Source: a virus. From it: a DNA stretch of 49,561 nucleotides. Location of the stretch: IMG/VR virus record IMGVR_UViG_3300045988_174153; one strand, 5' to 3'. The position numbers and the translations under genes were made by a program. Positions 22,542-30,697 of the stretch are shown one piece after another (position 1 is the first letter of the stretch; every line of letters starts with the position of its first letter). A model generated the notes under the pieces. That model searched no databases, was not told the origin of the DNA, and was given only the letters and a program-made list of their open reading frames with translations.

Positions 22542-22646
22542 GGTGGGAAAAGTTGGAATTTTTGGAGGGGTGGGTCGACTTTCGTGGGGGGACCCAACCG
22601 CATACACTAACTTGAATTTTCCGTCACTGGAACATCGTACTGCAGT

Positions 22647-23024
22647 ATGATTGCTATAATAGGACCTGTGCACGACATAGTACTCATCGCCGACCACCTC
22701 TTAGGGGCGCCAGCCGTAGGCTTAGGCGCCCTTATAACCGCTATAGCGACGCTCTATACGTCATTGAAGACCAATAGAAAGGTCCTTAGCGTCAAACAAG
22801 ACATGGAAAACAACCATGGAAGCTCTCTAAGGGACGCCGTAGACCGCATAGAGTCCAACACCCAAACACTCACGGACCTGGTCCACGCGCACACCCGTCA
22901 GCTGGACGACATCCAGTGTGCTGTGCGCAGACACGACGACGAGTTAAAATCGAGGCATGCCAGACCCACAGAAGCCCCTTGTGCGCATAAGGAAGATCTA
23001 CAACGAAGCGACGATAACGCCTAA
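22647..23024 (+). CDS. Membrane-anchored coiled-coil protein (possible lysis-associated or holin-like)
   Basis: N-terminal hydrophobic stretch, then ENNHGSSLRDAVDRIESNTQTL... Uses many codons that are rare elsewhere in this genome (ATA, TTA, CTA, AGA). No clear SD. Confidence 0.55.
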   Translation: MIAIIGPVHDIVLIADHLLGAPAVGLGALITAIATLYTSLKTNRKVLSVKQDMENNHGSSLRDAVDRIESNTQTLTDLVHAHTRQLDDIQCAVRRHDDELKSRHARPTEAPCAHKEDLQRSDDNA

Positions 23025-23934
23025 CCCGACACCTCCCTACGACTCGACTCTTCTCCTGACTCCGCCCCCTCCCCCCAAACCGAACCCGGACCAGCCCTTG
23101 GGCGCTACGGCGGCCTCGCTGGCGGCGCCTATCCCTGCCCTTTCCCCTCTGCTCAAAATAGAGCGGGTGCCCGTTCCCTCCTCCGACCCGGACCCACAAC
23201 GCCATAATCGCCTACAGGTGGTGTACTCGTTCTCAGCGAACATTGTCACACTGAAGCAACTGCGTAACAAGGACAACACCCCGCCTACCAAAGACAACCC
23301 CGACTCCCTCCCTAACCCGTGGGAGGTGGGCTGGCTGCTGTGGTGTTTCAGCCCGGACCCAACGCACCCATATGACCCGAGCCCGACGTCCAACTCGAAC
23401 TTCCGCTTCTATGCCCTGTGCCTCAAACCCAACGGCTGGGAGGTGTCGAAGCAAGACCCCTCATATAAGGGCGGACAGCGTTTCCTGAAGTCGAACACTC
23501 AAGAGGACCCGCGCAAGTTTCCCCCACACAACACGGAGAGTGACAACACAACAGAACACAGCACCGTCAACCCCTACTCCGTACTGATAAAAGCCTGTCA
23601 CGAATACCCGTTGGGGACAACTCTGACCGACCTACAAAACGACATCATCCCGGCTAACCGCAACTCCGAAGAGGGGAACAAGGCACGACTCCAACCAAGC
23701 CGCAATGTATTCCACGTCTTCGTGGAGAGTCAGATGCTTACGACGGTCGTAGACACTGAAAAACCTCTGCCTCCGCACATTCCGGCGTTCTATGCGGAAG
23801 ATGCCCGTGTGTGCTTCTCTCACCTGTGGCATGCGACCCCCAAGCGACCTCAGCTTCGACCCTCCCCCGCCGACTACGACCCCCTCTCCCTCCATGCGAC
23901 GGGCTACCCACCCCAGGGGGTGGTATGGTTCTAG
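22957..23934 (+). CDS. Pro-rich hypothetical protein (possible secreted or cell-wall-active protein)
   Basis: 325-codon open frame on an A+C-rich strand. Core PWEVGWLLWCF..FYALCLKPNGWEVSKQDPSYKGGQRFL. Start uncertain. Overlaps the previous ORF by 68 nt. Confidence 0.55.
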   Translation: MPDPQKPLVRIRKIYNEATITPNPTPPYDSTLLLTPPPPPKPNPDQPLGATAASLAAPIPALSPLLKIERVPVPSSDPDPQRHNRLQVVYSFSANIVTLKQLRNKDNTPPTKDNPDSLPNPWEVGWLLWCFSPDPTHPYDPSPTSNSNFRFYALCLKPNGWEVSKQDPSYKGGQRFLKSNTQEDPRKFPPHNTESDNTTEHSTVNPYSVLIKACHEYPLGTTLTDLQNDIIPANRNSEEGNKARLQPSRNVFHVFVESQMLTTVVDTEKPLPPHIPAFYAEDARVCFSHLWHATPKRPQLRPSPADYDPLSLHATGYPPQGVVWF

Positions 23935-24479
23935 GCATGGAGGAGAGCCACCACGACAGAACAGAGAGTTTCACGTATGCAGCGGAGGACGCCTATACGG
24001 CGTACACGAAGCGGGAGCCGGGGAAGATGCCGTTGGACAACCGGAGCGCCGCGGTCTTCGAGGAACGCTACCGGCCGGCCTCCAGATCGCTGTGCGGGTT
24101 CAACCCGCCGTTTCCGACGCGGGACGGGGCAGCGATATCGCGGGGCGAGGCGAACGACGAGATCGAGGAGTTCAACGCGCATCTGGACGCGCTGCAGTCC
24201 CTAATCGATGCGGCGTGGCGTACCGTGCCGGGCAACGACGGCCCGCTCATACGCGGCTACCCTTTTGCTGTGCGCCATGTGGACGACGGCTGGGTGGAGT
24301 TCCATTTGCCCCACCGCGATTCACCCCCTGTGCGCCTTGAGCAGGGGGAGGGCTATGACTTTCAACACAACCGTAAAATCCCGGCGCACAGTCCCCGGCC
24401 CGACCGCAACTCCTTTGTGCCGTATACTGAGGTGAAAGCTCTTCTGCAAGACAGGAAGGAGACGGATGACGCAGGCTGA
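23925..24479 (+). CDS. Hypothetical protein
   Basis: ATG 23925 or 23937 near the upstream stop. The 38 N-terminal codons of the track ORF are read-through. Confidence 0.6.
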   Translation: MVLGMEESHHDRTESFTYAAEDAYTAYTKREPGKMPLDNRSAAVFEERYRPASRSLCGFNPPFPTRDGAAISRGEANDEIEEFNAHLDALQSLIDAAWRTVPGNDGPLIRGYPFAVRHVDDGWVEFHLPHRDSPPVRLEQGEGYDFQHNRKIPAHSPRPDRNSFVPYTEVKALLQDRKETDDAG

Positions 24480-25257
24480 CGTGCAGCGCAACGCCATAGT
24501 GGCGTGGATGGCGAAACACGACGGTGACTTCGGCTACACGAACGACTACCGCCGCCGGGACCCGGAGCGCTACGGCTGGGGGGATTGCAGCTCCACCATA
24601 GCTCAGGCCTACAGGCAGTGTGCGGGGATAGAGATCGGCGAGCGGAGTTTCAATATAGCGTCGGACCCCGACGCCTACACGGTGGCGTCGGCCACCTCAT
24701 GGAGGGACCTGCCTCTCAGCGACCTGAAACCGGCGGACATCATTTGCATGGGTTGGCACTCGGGGGCCTTCGCGGGGCGGATAAGCCACGTCGAGCTCTA
24801 CGCTGGGGGCATGTATACGTGGGGGCACGGCGGGCCGGGCAGGGGCCCGAGACTGCACTCTCTGTCGGACCGGTCCCTGACGGGCTCTGCGACGATCATC
24901 ATCGTCAAGCGCTATATTCAAGACAGTAACCAAGATGACAACACCAGTAAAGGAGACGATTTGACACCCGACGAGCACAACATGCTCAGCTGGCTGTACG
25001 AGAACATTAAGGTGCCGAGCCAGGGCTTCGGCTACCCGCAGGCGACGCAGAATTCCATCGCAGAGCTGAAGGAGGTAGCGGCCAACCTGACGCAGGCCGT
25101 GGAGTCGATGACGGCGACTGTGAACAGGATCGCGACCGACCTGACCGTGCCGGGCTACGGCTTCGGTTACCCGGCTGCCAGCCACGCTGCGCTGGAGGAG
25201 ACGATCAACAAGCTGAACGACATCCAGAACACGCTCGCGAAGAAGGGGGACAAGTGA
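24466..25257 (+). CDS. Endolysin, NlpC/P60 (C40) cysteine peptidase domain plus repeat-containing C-terminus
   Basis: Catalytic-type GWGDCSS and ISHVELY. SD GGAAGGAGACGG. The C-terminus has two related VP..GFGYP.A...... repeats. Confidence 0.75.
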   Translation: MTQADVQRNAIVAWMAKHDGDFGYTNDYRRRDPERYGWGDCSSTIAQAYRQCAGIEIGERSFNIASDPDAYTVASATSWRDLPLSDLKPADIICMGWHSGAFAGRISHVELYAGGMYTWGHGGPGRGPRLHSLSDRSLTGSATIIIVKRYIQDSNQDDNTSKGDDLTPDEHNMLSWLYENIKVPSQGFGYPQATQNSIAELKEVAANLTQAVESMTATVNRIATDLTVPGYGFGYPAASHAALEETINKLNDIQNTLAKKGDK

Positions 25258-25685
25258 CGACCCAAGAAACGCCCACACCCACCGGACCCAAGCACTTGGA
25301 CACCCCGACGCTGACGGATGAGCAGAAGGCCGCGGCGTTCGCCGCGGCTGCGCACACCGTGGAGACGGGCGGCCTGCCGCAGGGAGACGGCGGACTGGCG
25401 GACCCGAACCGGAAGAACGCCTACCACTTCGACGAGCTCGTGCCGACGCAGATCCAGCACAAAGCGCGGTCGGTCGTCCGGACGTTCGTGGTTAGCCTTA
25501 TCGGTGTGTTGGCCGCGTGGGGCGCCAAGGTGGGTATCACTCTGCCCGCCGACCTGGCGGATACGATCACGGCGGCAGTGTGGGGCCTGGTGACTGTGTG
25601 CGCGCAGTGGCTGCTCAACACTAAGCCCGTGGACCGCTTCCTCCACAAGGTAGTGCCGTTCCTGGCGACTACACCCCGCAGTTGA
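25254..25685 (+). CDS. Holin-like membrane protein
   Basis: GTG overlaps the lysin stop (GTGA). Two hydrophobic helices (VVRTFVVSLIGVLAAWGA and AAVWGLVTVCAQWLL). Position directly after the endolysin. Confidence 0.6.
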   Translation: MTTQETPTPTGPKHLDTPTLTDEQKAAAFAAAAHTVETGGLPQGDGGLADPNRKNAYHFDELVPTQIQHKARSVVRTFVVSLIGVLAAWGAKVGITLPADLADTITAAVWGLVTVCAQWLLNTKPVDRFLHKVVPFLATTPRS

Positions 25686-25712
25686 CGGTGTGCTAAGCTA
25701 GACGAAGCATAA

Positions 25713-25756
25713 AGAGGCCCCGCTTTCCAGTTGGACGGCGGGGCTCTCCTTTTATT
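25713..25756. terminator. Bidirectional terminator hairpin
   Basis: AGAGGCCCCGC ..14 nt.. GCGGGGCTCT with T-rich tails on both strands (CCTTTTATT and, on the minus strand, TCTTTATGC). Confidence 0.65.
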
Positions 25757-25767
25757 CGGTTATTGCC

Positions 25768-25851
25768 TCAGCAGATCCAGGTTCTGCCCCACAGGCGGCA
25801 GGTTCCGTACCACCCGGCGAACATCCGTCCGATCAGATTCCATGAAAACAT
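25768..25851 (-). CDS. 27-aa Trp-rich cationic peptide (MFSWNLIGRMFAGWYGTCRLWGRTWIC)
   Basis: Hand-translated. ATG 25851 preceded by GAGAGGAGAAAAC. Mostly GC-ending codons. It ends 12 nt before the bidirectional terminator. Confidence 0.4.
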   Translation of the reverse strand: MFSWNLIGRMFAGWYGTCRLWGRTWIC

Positions 25852-25899
25852 GTTTTCTCCTCTCTGTTGGGTCGCTGTGCGCAACCAGTGTACACGCTG

Positions 25900-26109
25900 T
25901 CAAGCCGCGATGAGGTTGAGTTGGTGCTGGGTCCATGCGAAAGCGGCGAGAGCTGAGATAGCCCCAAGGGATGTGAAGGCGAGGGAGACCCAGAAGACAA
26001 CGGAGCCGGCCTTGGGGAAGCCGCACCACGTGACGATGTAGGCGATGAGGGTCCAGAACCCCTGTGCGACGAGGAATGCGACGGGGACGGCGATGAAGTA
26101 AAGAAGCAT
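25900..26109 (-). CDS. 69-aa two-TM membrane protein, reverse-oriented
   Basis: ATG 26109 with SD AGAGAAAGGATGTCAC. MLLYFIAVPVAFLVAQGFWTLIAYIVTW.. and ..VVFWVSLAFTSLGAISALAAFAW. Confidence 0.65.
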   Translation of the reverse strand: MLLYFIAVPVAFLVAQGFWTLIAYIVTWCGFPKAGSVVFWVSLAFTSLGAISALAAFAWTQHQLNLIAA

Positions 26110-26250
26110 GTGACATCCTTTCTCTAGTCGGGCAGTGCTATATCTCGACTGTAGTCCGCACACTGCTCAATGTCAAGTTTGCGAACACTCGGGTCACCCT
26201 GCTAGAGTCCTCGTATCAGCCAATACACCGCTTACGAGAGGAGAGACACG

Positions 26251-26784
26251 ATGTTTCACGTGCATTTCATTTGGGCGCAATCCACGTCCGGGATCATAGG
26301 GGTCAACGGGAAGCTGCCGTGGCACGACCGGGGGGATCTACAGCATTTCAAGGACATGACGACCGGAAAAACGGTGATAATGGGGCGGAAGACACGACAA
26401 TCCCTGCCTCAACGCAACAAGAAGCTGCCCAACAGGACGAACATCGTGTTGAGTCGGACGATGAAGTCGACCAAATCGATTAAAGCCGTGGCGAGCCCAT
26501 ACGCTGCGATAGAGCAGACCCTCGCAGAGGGCCGGGACGAAGCGTGGGTGATTGGCGGGCACGAGACATTCCAGGCGTTCATTACAGCCCATGACCTGGA
26601 TAGGCTGCCGTTCAGGCTGGACGCTTATGTGTCCGTCTTAAACGTGGACGACGAGATACAGTCGATCACCGCACAGGACAGCATTACATGGGCGCCTACA
26701 CTGGACGACCGCTGGGTGCTGCTGTACGACCACATGGCGGGGCCTAGACGGCGCCTGCAGAAGTATGTTAAGGTGTTCAGGTAA
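26251..26784 (+). CDS. folA: Dihydrofolate reductase
   Basis: IWAQSTSGIIGVNGKLPW, DLQHFKDMTTGKTVIMGRKT and LPNRTNIVLSR are classic DHFR motifs. Confidence 0.85.
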   Translation: MFHVHFIWAQSTSGIIGVNGKLPWHDRGDLQHFKDMTTGKTVIMGRKTRQSLPQRNKKLPNRTNIVLSRTMKSTKSIKAVASPYAAIEQTLAEGRDEAWVIGGHETFQAFITAHDLDRLPFRLDAYVSVLNVDDEIQSITAQDSITWAPTLDDRWVLLYDHMAGPRRRLQKYVKVFR

Positions 26785-26799
26785 GCTCCTTTCTCTCAG

Positions 26800-26835
26800 G
26801 ACCCCGCCGGGTGAGCTCTATGCCCCGGCGGGGTC
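26800..26835 (+). terminator. Hairpin after folA
   Basis: GACCCCGCCGGG ..12 nt.. CCCGGCGGGGTC. Confidence 0.6.
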
Positions 26836-26886
26836 TGCTGTGTGCGTGGTAACATTCCTCTTAAGCCTGACTAGAGAGGGAGTTTC

Positions 26887-27168
26887 ATGAGAATCGACGT
26901 TCAAACAAGCCGATTAGCCACTGCTAACGGGTCGATTGCGACGCTTAGCGGAACGCTGCCCAACCTCGACCTGGACGTTGCGCTGGCCAAGGGTGTGAAG
27001 GCCGTGTACCTGACGGTGTTCGCCAACGCAACGGAGACGAAGATCACGTCGCTGAGCACCGAAGGCGGCACGTTCTGCGTAACCCTACACACTACGGACG
27101 AGCGGCCTACCGTGAAGGTGTGCGACCCGCTTGAGGCGCCGGTGGTGATCCGGTACAGGGGGATGTGA
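26887..27168 (+). CDS. Hypothetical protein
   Basis: ATG after GAGAGGGAG. 93 aa. Confidence 0.65.
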   Translation: MRIDVQTSRLATANGSIATLSGTLPNLDLDVALAKGVKAVYLTVFANATETKITSLSTEGGTFCVTLHTTDERPTVKVCDPLEAPVVIRYRGM

Positions 27169-27794
27169 TGGCGGCACCCAAGAAAACGACGAAAAAGAAA
27201 AAGGACCAATCCCCAGCACAGGGTAGGATTGCGTCCAAGGAGCTGGTGAAGAACCAGCGCGACCGCTTCGCGATCCAAAAGTCGACCGGCGAGCTGGCCA
27301 TGGACGACAGGCGGCTGCTTACTCTCGCACAGGCGGGGGCCAGCCCCGCCGAGATGTCTGAGGAGCTCGGTCTGCCGGCGGAGACGTGCCTTGCCCGTGT
27401 GCGCTCCTTGCTGAAGCGCAATGACGTGTGGACGAACCTCGAACGGCAACAGATGTTGATCGCCGACATGTACGACTTGAAGACTCGCGCCTTCAACTTC
27501 CTGGAGAAGTGCTTCGAGTCGGACGAGATAGCCGCTCGGCACATCGAGGCGGTCAACAGCGTTCTTAAACAGCTCGGCGACCGCCTGGACAAGGTGAAGG
27601 AGTACAACGACGAGGAAGAGGCCAGGGTGACGAAGCAGCAGACCCGGCTGATTCTCGACCTGGTGGAGGACGCCTGGGAGCGTGTGCGCATTCACATCTC
27701 CAACGCCTACGCCAACAACCAATTACTCGACCCGGAGGCGATGGACGAGGTCTTCTATCAGGCGTTGAAGGAGGCCCATGCTGATCAAAGCTAG
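27168..27794 (+). CDS. Terminase small subunit (putative)
   Basis: Basic N-terminus, HTH-like LTLAQAGASPAEMSEELGLPAETCLARV, and position directly upstream of TerL. Alternative GTG at 27165. Confidence 0.6.
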   Translation: MAAPKKTTKKKKDQSPAQGRIASKELVKNQRDRFAIQKSTGELAMDDRRLLTLAQAGASPAEMSEELGLPAETCLARVRSLLKRNDVWTNLERQQMLIADMYDLKTRAFNFLEKCFESDEIAARHIEAVNSVLKQLGDRLDKVKEYNDEEEARVTKQQTRLILDLVEDAWERVRIHISNAYANNQLLDPEAMDEVFYQALKEAHADQS

Positions 27795-29331
27795 CGCGAT
27801 CGACAGCGCTATCGCCACCGTCAAGGCGCACAGGAGGCAGGACAGCTTCAAATCGGACCCCGTGGGCTGGGCCCAGTACATGCTGGGCACGGACGAAGGA
27901 ACCCTGTGGAGCAAACAGCGGGAGATCGCCCGGGCCGTGGTGGATAACAACTCGACGGCCGTGAAGGCGGGCCACGGCGTGGGGAAGTCCCGGCTGATGG
28001 CTGTTCTCATATGCTGGTGGGTTGATACCCGCTACCCCCACTGTTATGTGATTTCGACGGCGCCGTCGATGGCGCAGGTGCAGGATGTGCTGTGGCGCGA
28101 GGTGATGCAATTGAAGGACATCGTGGAGCGGCGCTTTGAGGAGGGGCTCGTCGACCATAAGCTTCCTGGGCGCATCACGATGGACGTGCAGTGGAAGGAC
28201 GACGTGACGAAGCTCCCGCTGGGCCGCGGCAGGAAGCCGCCGGACAACCTGGGCGGCAACTCCTTCCAGGGAATCCACGGCGACGTGTTGGCGATCGGCG
28301 ACGAGGCCTGCGGGCTCTCGGGTGAGTTGATCGACGCCCTGGCGAATATCACGACGAACGAGGCGTCTCGGCGTGTGCTCATCGCGAACCCCACGGACCC
28401 GATGAGCTACCTGGGGAAGATCTTCAAGGAAGAGATGGAGAACTGGAAGCGCATGTCCATCTCCGTCTTGGAGAGCCCGAACTTCACGGGTGAGCCCATG
28501 CCTCCCAATGTGCTGCAGAAGCTCACCGGGCCGTCGTACGTGGAACAGAAGAAGCAGGAGTACGGCGAGGACAGCGCTAGGTTCAAGGCTCGCGTGCTAG
28601 GTGAGTTCGCATTCGACATCGAGGACTCGTTGATTCTCCCAGGGGATGTTGAGACAGCGTGTCTCACTGAGCGGGAGCGGATCGGCCGGCCGGTGTTGGG
28701 GGTGGACGTTGCGCGCTTCGGCGCGGACCGCTCGGTGGTGTACCTGTGCGTCAACGGGGTTGTGCGCTTCGTGGACTCGTGGGCGAAGACAGACCTGGTG
28801 CACAGCGCACAGCGGGTGCACGACCTGGCCCTGCGCGAGGGCGCCCACGCTGTGGCGATCGACTGCGACGGGATCGGCGGCGGTATGTTCGACATCCTGA
28901 ACTCGTACGCTAACCGCACATACGACATTCTGGCTGTGCGGGGGTCCATGTCAAGCCCGGACAGGGGCAGGTGGCACAACTACCGGTCCTACATGTGGGA
29001 CTCGTTCAGGTATAGGTGTCGCACAGGCGAGCTGGATCTGGATCCACTGGATATCGACTTGCACGACGAGCTTCTATCCGTCGGCTACTCGTATAATACG
29101 ATGTCCGGGGGGCTCGTCCTGGACTCTAAGGACAAGCTGAAGAAGGACGTCGGCAAATCCCCCGACTTGGCCGACGCGGCAGTGTATGCTGCGATAACAG
29201 ACCAGAACATACGGGACGCCATCCAACAGGAGACCGTGTTCTCCGACGCGGGGGACATGATGGACGGCGACGAGGACGACTACCTACACGAAATGGGGGA
29301 GACTTTTGGATTCCAACGCATACTCGTTTAG
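27778..29331 (+). CDS. terL: Terminase large subunit
   Basis: Walker A AGHGVGKS, Walker B LAIGDEACG, and a C-terminal nuclease-like region (GVDVARFGADRS). SD GAAGGAGG. Confidence 0.85.
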   Translation: MLIKASAIDSAIATVKAHRRQDSFKSDPVGWAQYMLGTDEGTLWSKQREIARAVVDNNSTAVKAGHGVGKSRLMAVLICWWVDTRYPHCYVISTAPSMAQVQDVLWREVMQLKDIVERRFEEGLVDHKLPGRITMDVQWKDDVTKLPLGRGRKPPDNLGGNSFQGIHGDVLAIGDEACGLSGELIDALANITTNEASRRVLIANPTDPMSYLGKIFKEEMENWKRMSISVLESPNFTGEPMPPNVLQKLTGPSYVEQKKQEYGEDSARFKARVLGEFAFDIEDSLILPGDVETACLTERERIGRPVLGVDVARFGADRSVVYLCVNGVVRFVDSWAKTDLVHSAQRVHDLALREGAHAVAIDCDGIGGGMFDILNSYANRTYDILAVRGSMSSPDRGRWHNYRSYMWDSFRYRCRTGELDLDPLDIDLHDELLSVGYSYNTMSGGLVLDSKDKLKKDVGKSPDLADAAVYAAITDQNIRDAIQQETVFSDAGDMMDGDEDDYLHEMGETFGFQRILV

Positions 29332-30697
29332 CGACGAGGGTATAGCGTTCATCAACGAGGCGCAGAGGTCCTACCTCCTCGACGAGGGGGCCAACTGGGT
29401 TAGCTACGCCGACGATAAGGGCCTGACGCTGGCTTTCATCCACGAGGTTGTGCGCGGCCTTCGGGACATGGCCAGAGACCACCCGCTGCATAAGCGCGGC
29501 GCACAGCTGAGGACCAGCTACATCTTCGGCGACGACTTGGTGTTCAGTGACACCTCTTCGAAGCTGGACGAGTTCATCAAGTCGGAGTCTGCGCAGAGGA
29601 CTCTGTTCTCCGCCTCGGCGATGGAGAGCCTGAACTTGGAGCGGTTCTGTGCGGGGAACGTGTTCCTGTTCCGCGAGGTGCACACGAATAAGCTGACGCT
29701 GGTCCCTGTGGAGGAGATCGAGGAGATCGTCCGAGATTCGTTCGACTCGTCGGTTGTGAAGTATGTGCGTCGTACGTGGACTCCGGACGGGCAGAACACG
29801 ATCAGCCAGTGGTTCCCGACTGCCGAGTACAGGCGGAGCGTACAGCGGTTGAGGAAGCCGCCGAACACAACCTACGAGGTGAATGGCAACTACGTCGTGT
29901 ACATTCTGTCATCCGGCCGACATGCGGGGCATGCATTCGGTGCGCCGGATTCGCTGGCGGCTGCGCTGTGGAGCGTCGCCTACTCAGGCTACCTGCGGGA
30001 CAGTGCCAGACTGTCGAAGGCACTGTCGAAGATCGCGTGGGCAATCGTCAACAGCAACAACCAGGGCAAGCGGCAGTCGGCCGTGGAGATATCGAATCGC
30101 GGCGACGTGGTGGGCGCCACGGCGAGCTTGGGGCCCAATCAGTCTCTGGCTGGCGTGGGCGTCCCGAGTGCACAGGTCAACTACGGGAACGGCCAGCCTT
30201 TGGCAGCGCTGGTTGCAGCGAGCTTCGGCATCCCGGTCATCGCACTGTTGTCGTCACCGGGTGCGACGGGCGGTTCCTACGGGGCTGCGACGACGCTGGA
30301 TCGGCCGACGATCAACGGCTTCAAGCTAGAGCAGCGTAAGTGGAGGGATTTCTTCAAGCAGGTAATGATGGACGTGGACCCGTCGGTGAAGGACGTGGAC
30401 ATCAAGTTCCCGTCGATCGAGCAGGACCCCACCTATAGGGCTTTGCAGTCGCTTGCTACGTCTATGTCCACCGGGGCCATCCACCAGGACGAGTACCGTC
30501 AGGCTGTGCTCAATCTGCTCGCTGTGCCCGATATCCACGGCGATGAGCTTCCGGAGCCGAACGATTTTCTGAAGAGTGGTAATGTGTCAGGTGGGGACGA
30601 CGGCGATGCTGTGCGCGACCCTGTGGCGCGTCAAGGAAACCAGGGCGCCGTCCCCGGCGGTTTCAACCAAGGAGACACCGAAGATGAAGATCAGTGA
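29306..30697 (+). CDS. Portal protein
   Basis: 463 aa immediately after TerL. TTG start after GGGGGAG. The call rests on size and synteny. Confidence 0.7.
   Translation: MDSNAYSFSDEGIAFINEAQRSYLLDEGANWVSYADDKGLTLAFIHEVVRGLRDMARDHPLHKRGAQLRTSYIFGDDLVFSDTSSKLDEFIKSESAQRTLFSASAMESLNLERFCAGNVFLFREVHTNKLTLVPVEEIEEIVRDSFDSSVVKYVRRTWTPDGQNTISQWFPTAEYRRSVQRLRKPPNTTYEVNGNYVVYILSSGRHAGHAFGAPDSLAAALWSVAYSGYLRDSARLSKALSKIAWAIVNSNNQGKRQSAVEISNRGDVVGATASLGPNQSLAGVGVPSAQVNYGNGQPLAALVAASFGIPVIALLSSPGATGGSYGAATTLDRPTINGFKLEQRKWRDFFKQVMMDVDPSVKDVDIKFPSIEQDPTYRALQSLATSMSTGAIHQDEYRQAVLNLLAVPDIHGDELPEPNDFLKSGNVSGGDDGDAVRDPVARQGNQGAVPGGFNQGDTEDEDQ

Noticed and set aside
22542-22646. Possible promoter or SD for the 22647 gene (TTGAAT.., TATGAT overlapping the ATG, GGAGGGGTGGG)
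   Set aside because: The hexamer spacings do not fit. The SD-like run is followed only by an 8-codon ORF. The start of the 22647 gene therefore remains unexplained rather than annotated.
26785-26800. SD-like GAGAGAAAGGAGC on the minus strand just after the folA stop
   Set aside because: No ATG, GTG or TTG lies at a usable distance. The only option is a CTG opening an ORF antisense to folA. It is more likely a chance match, or part of the terminator context.
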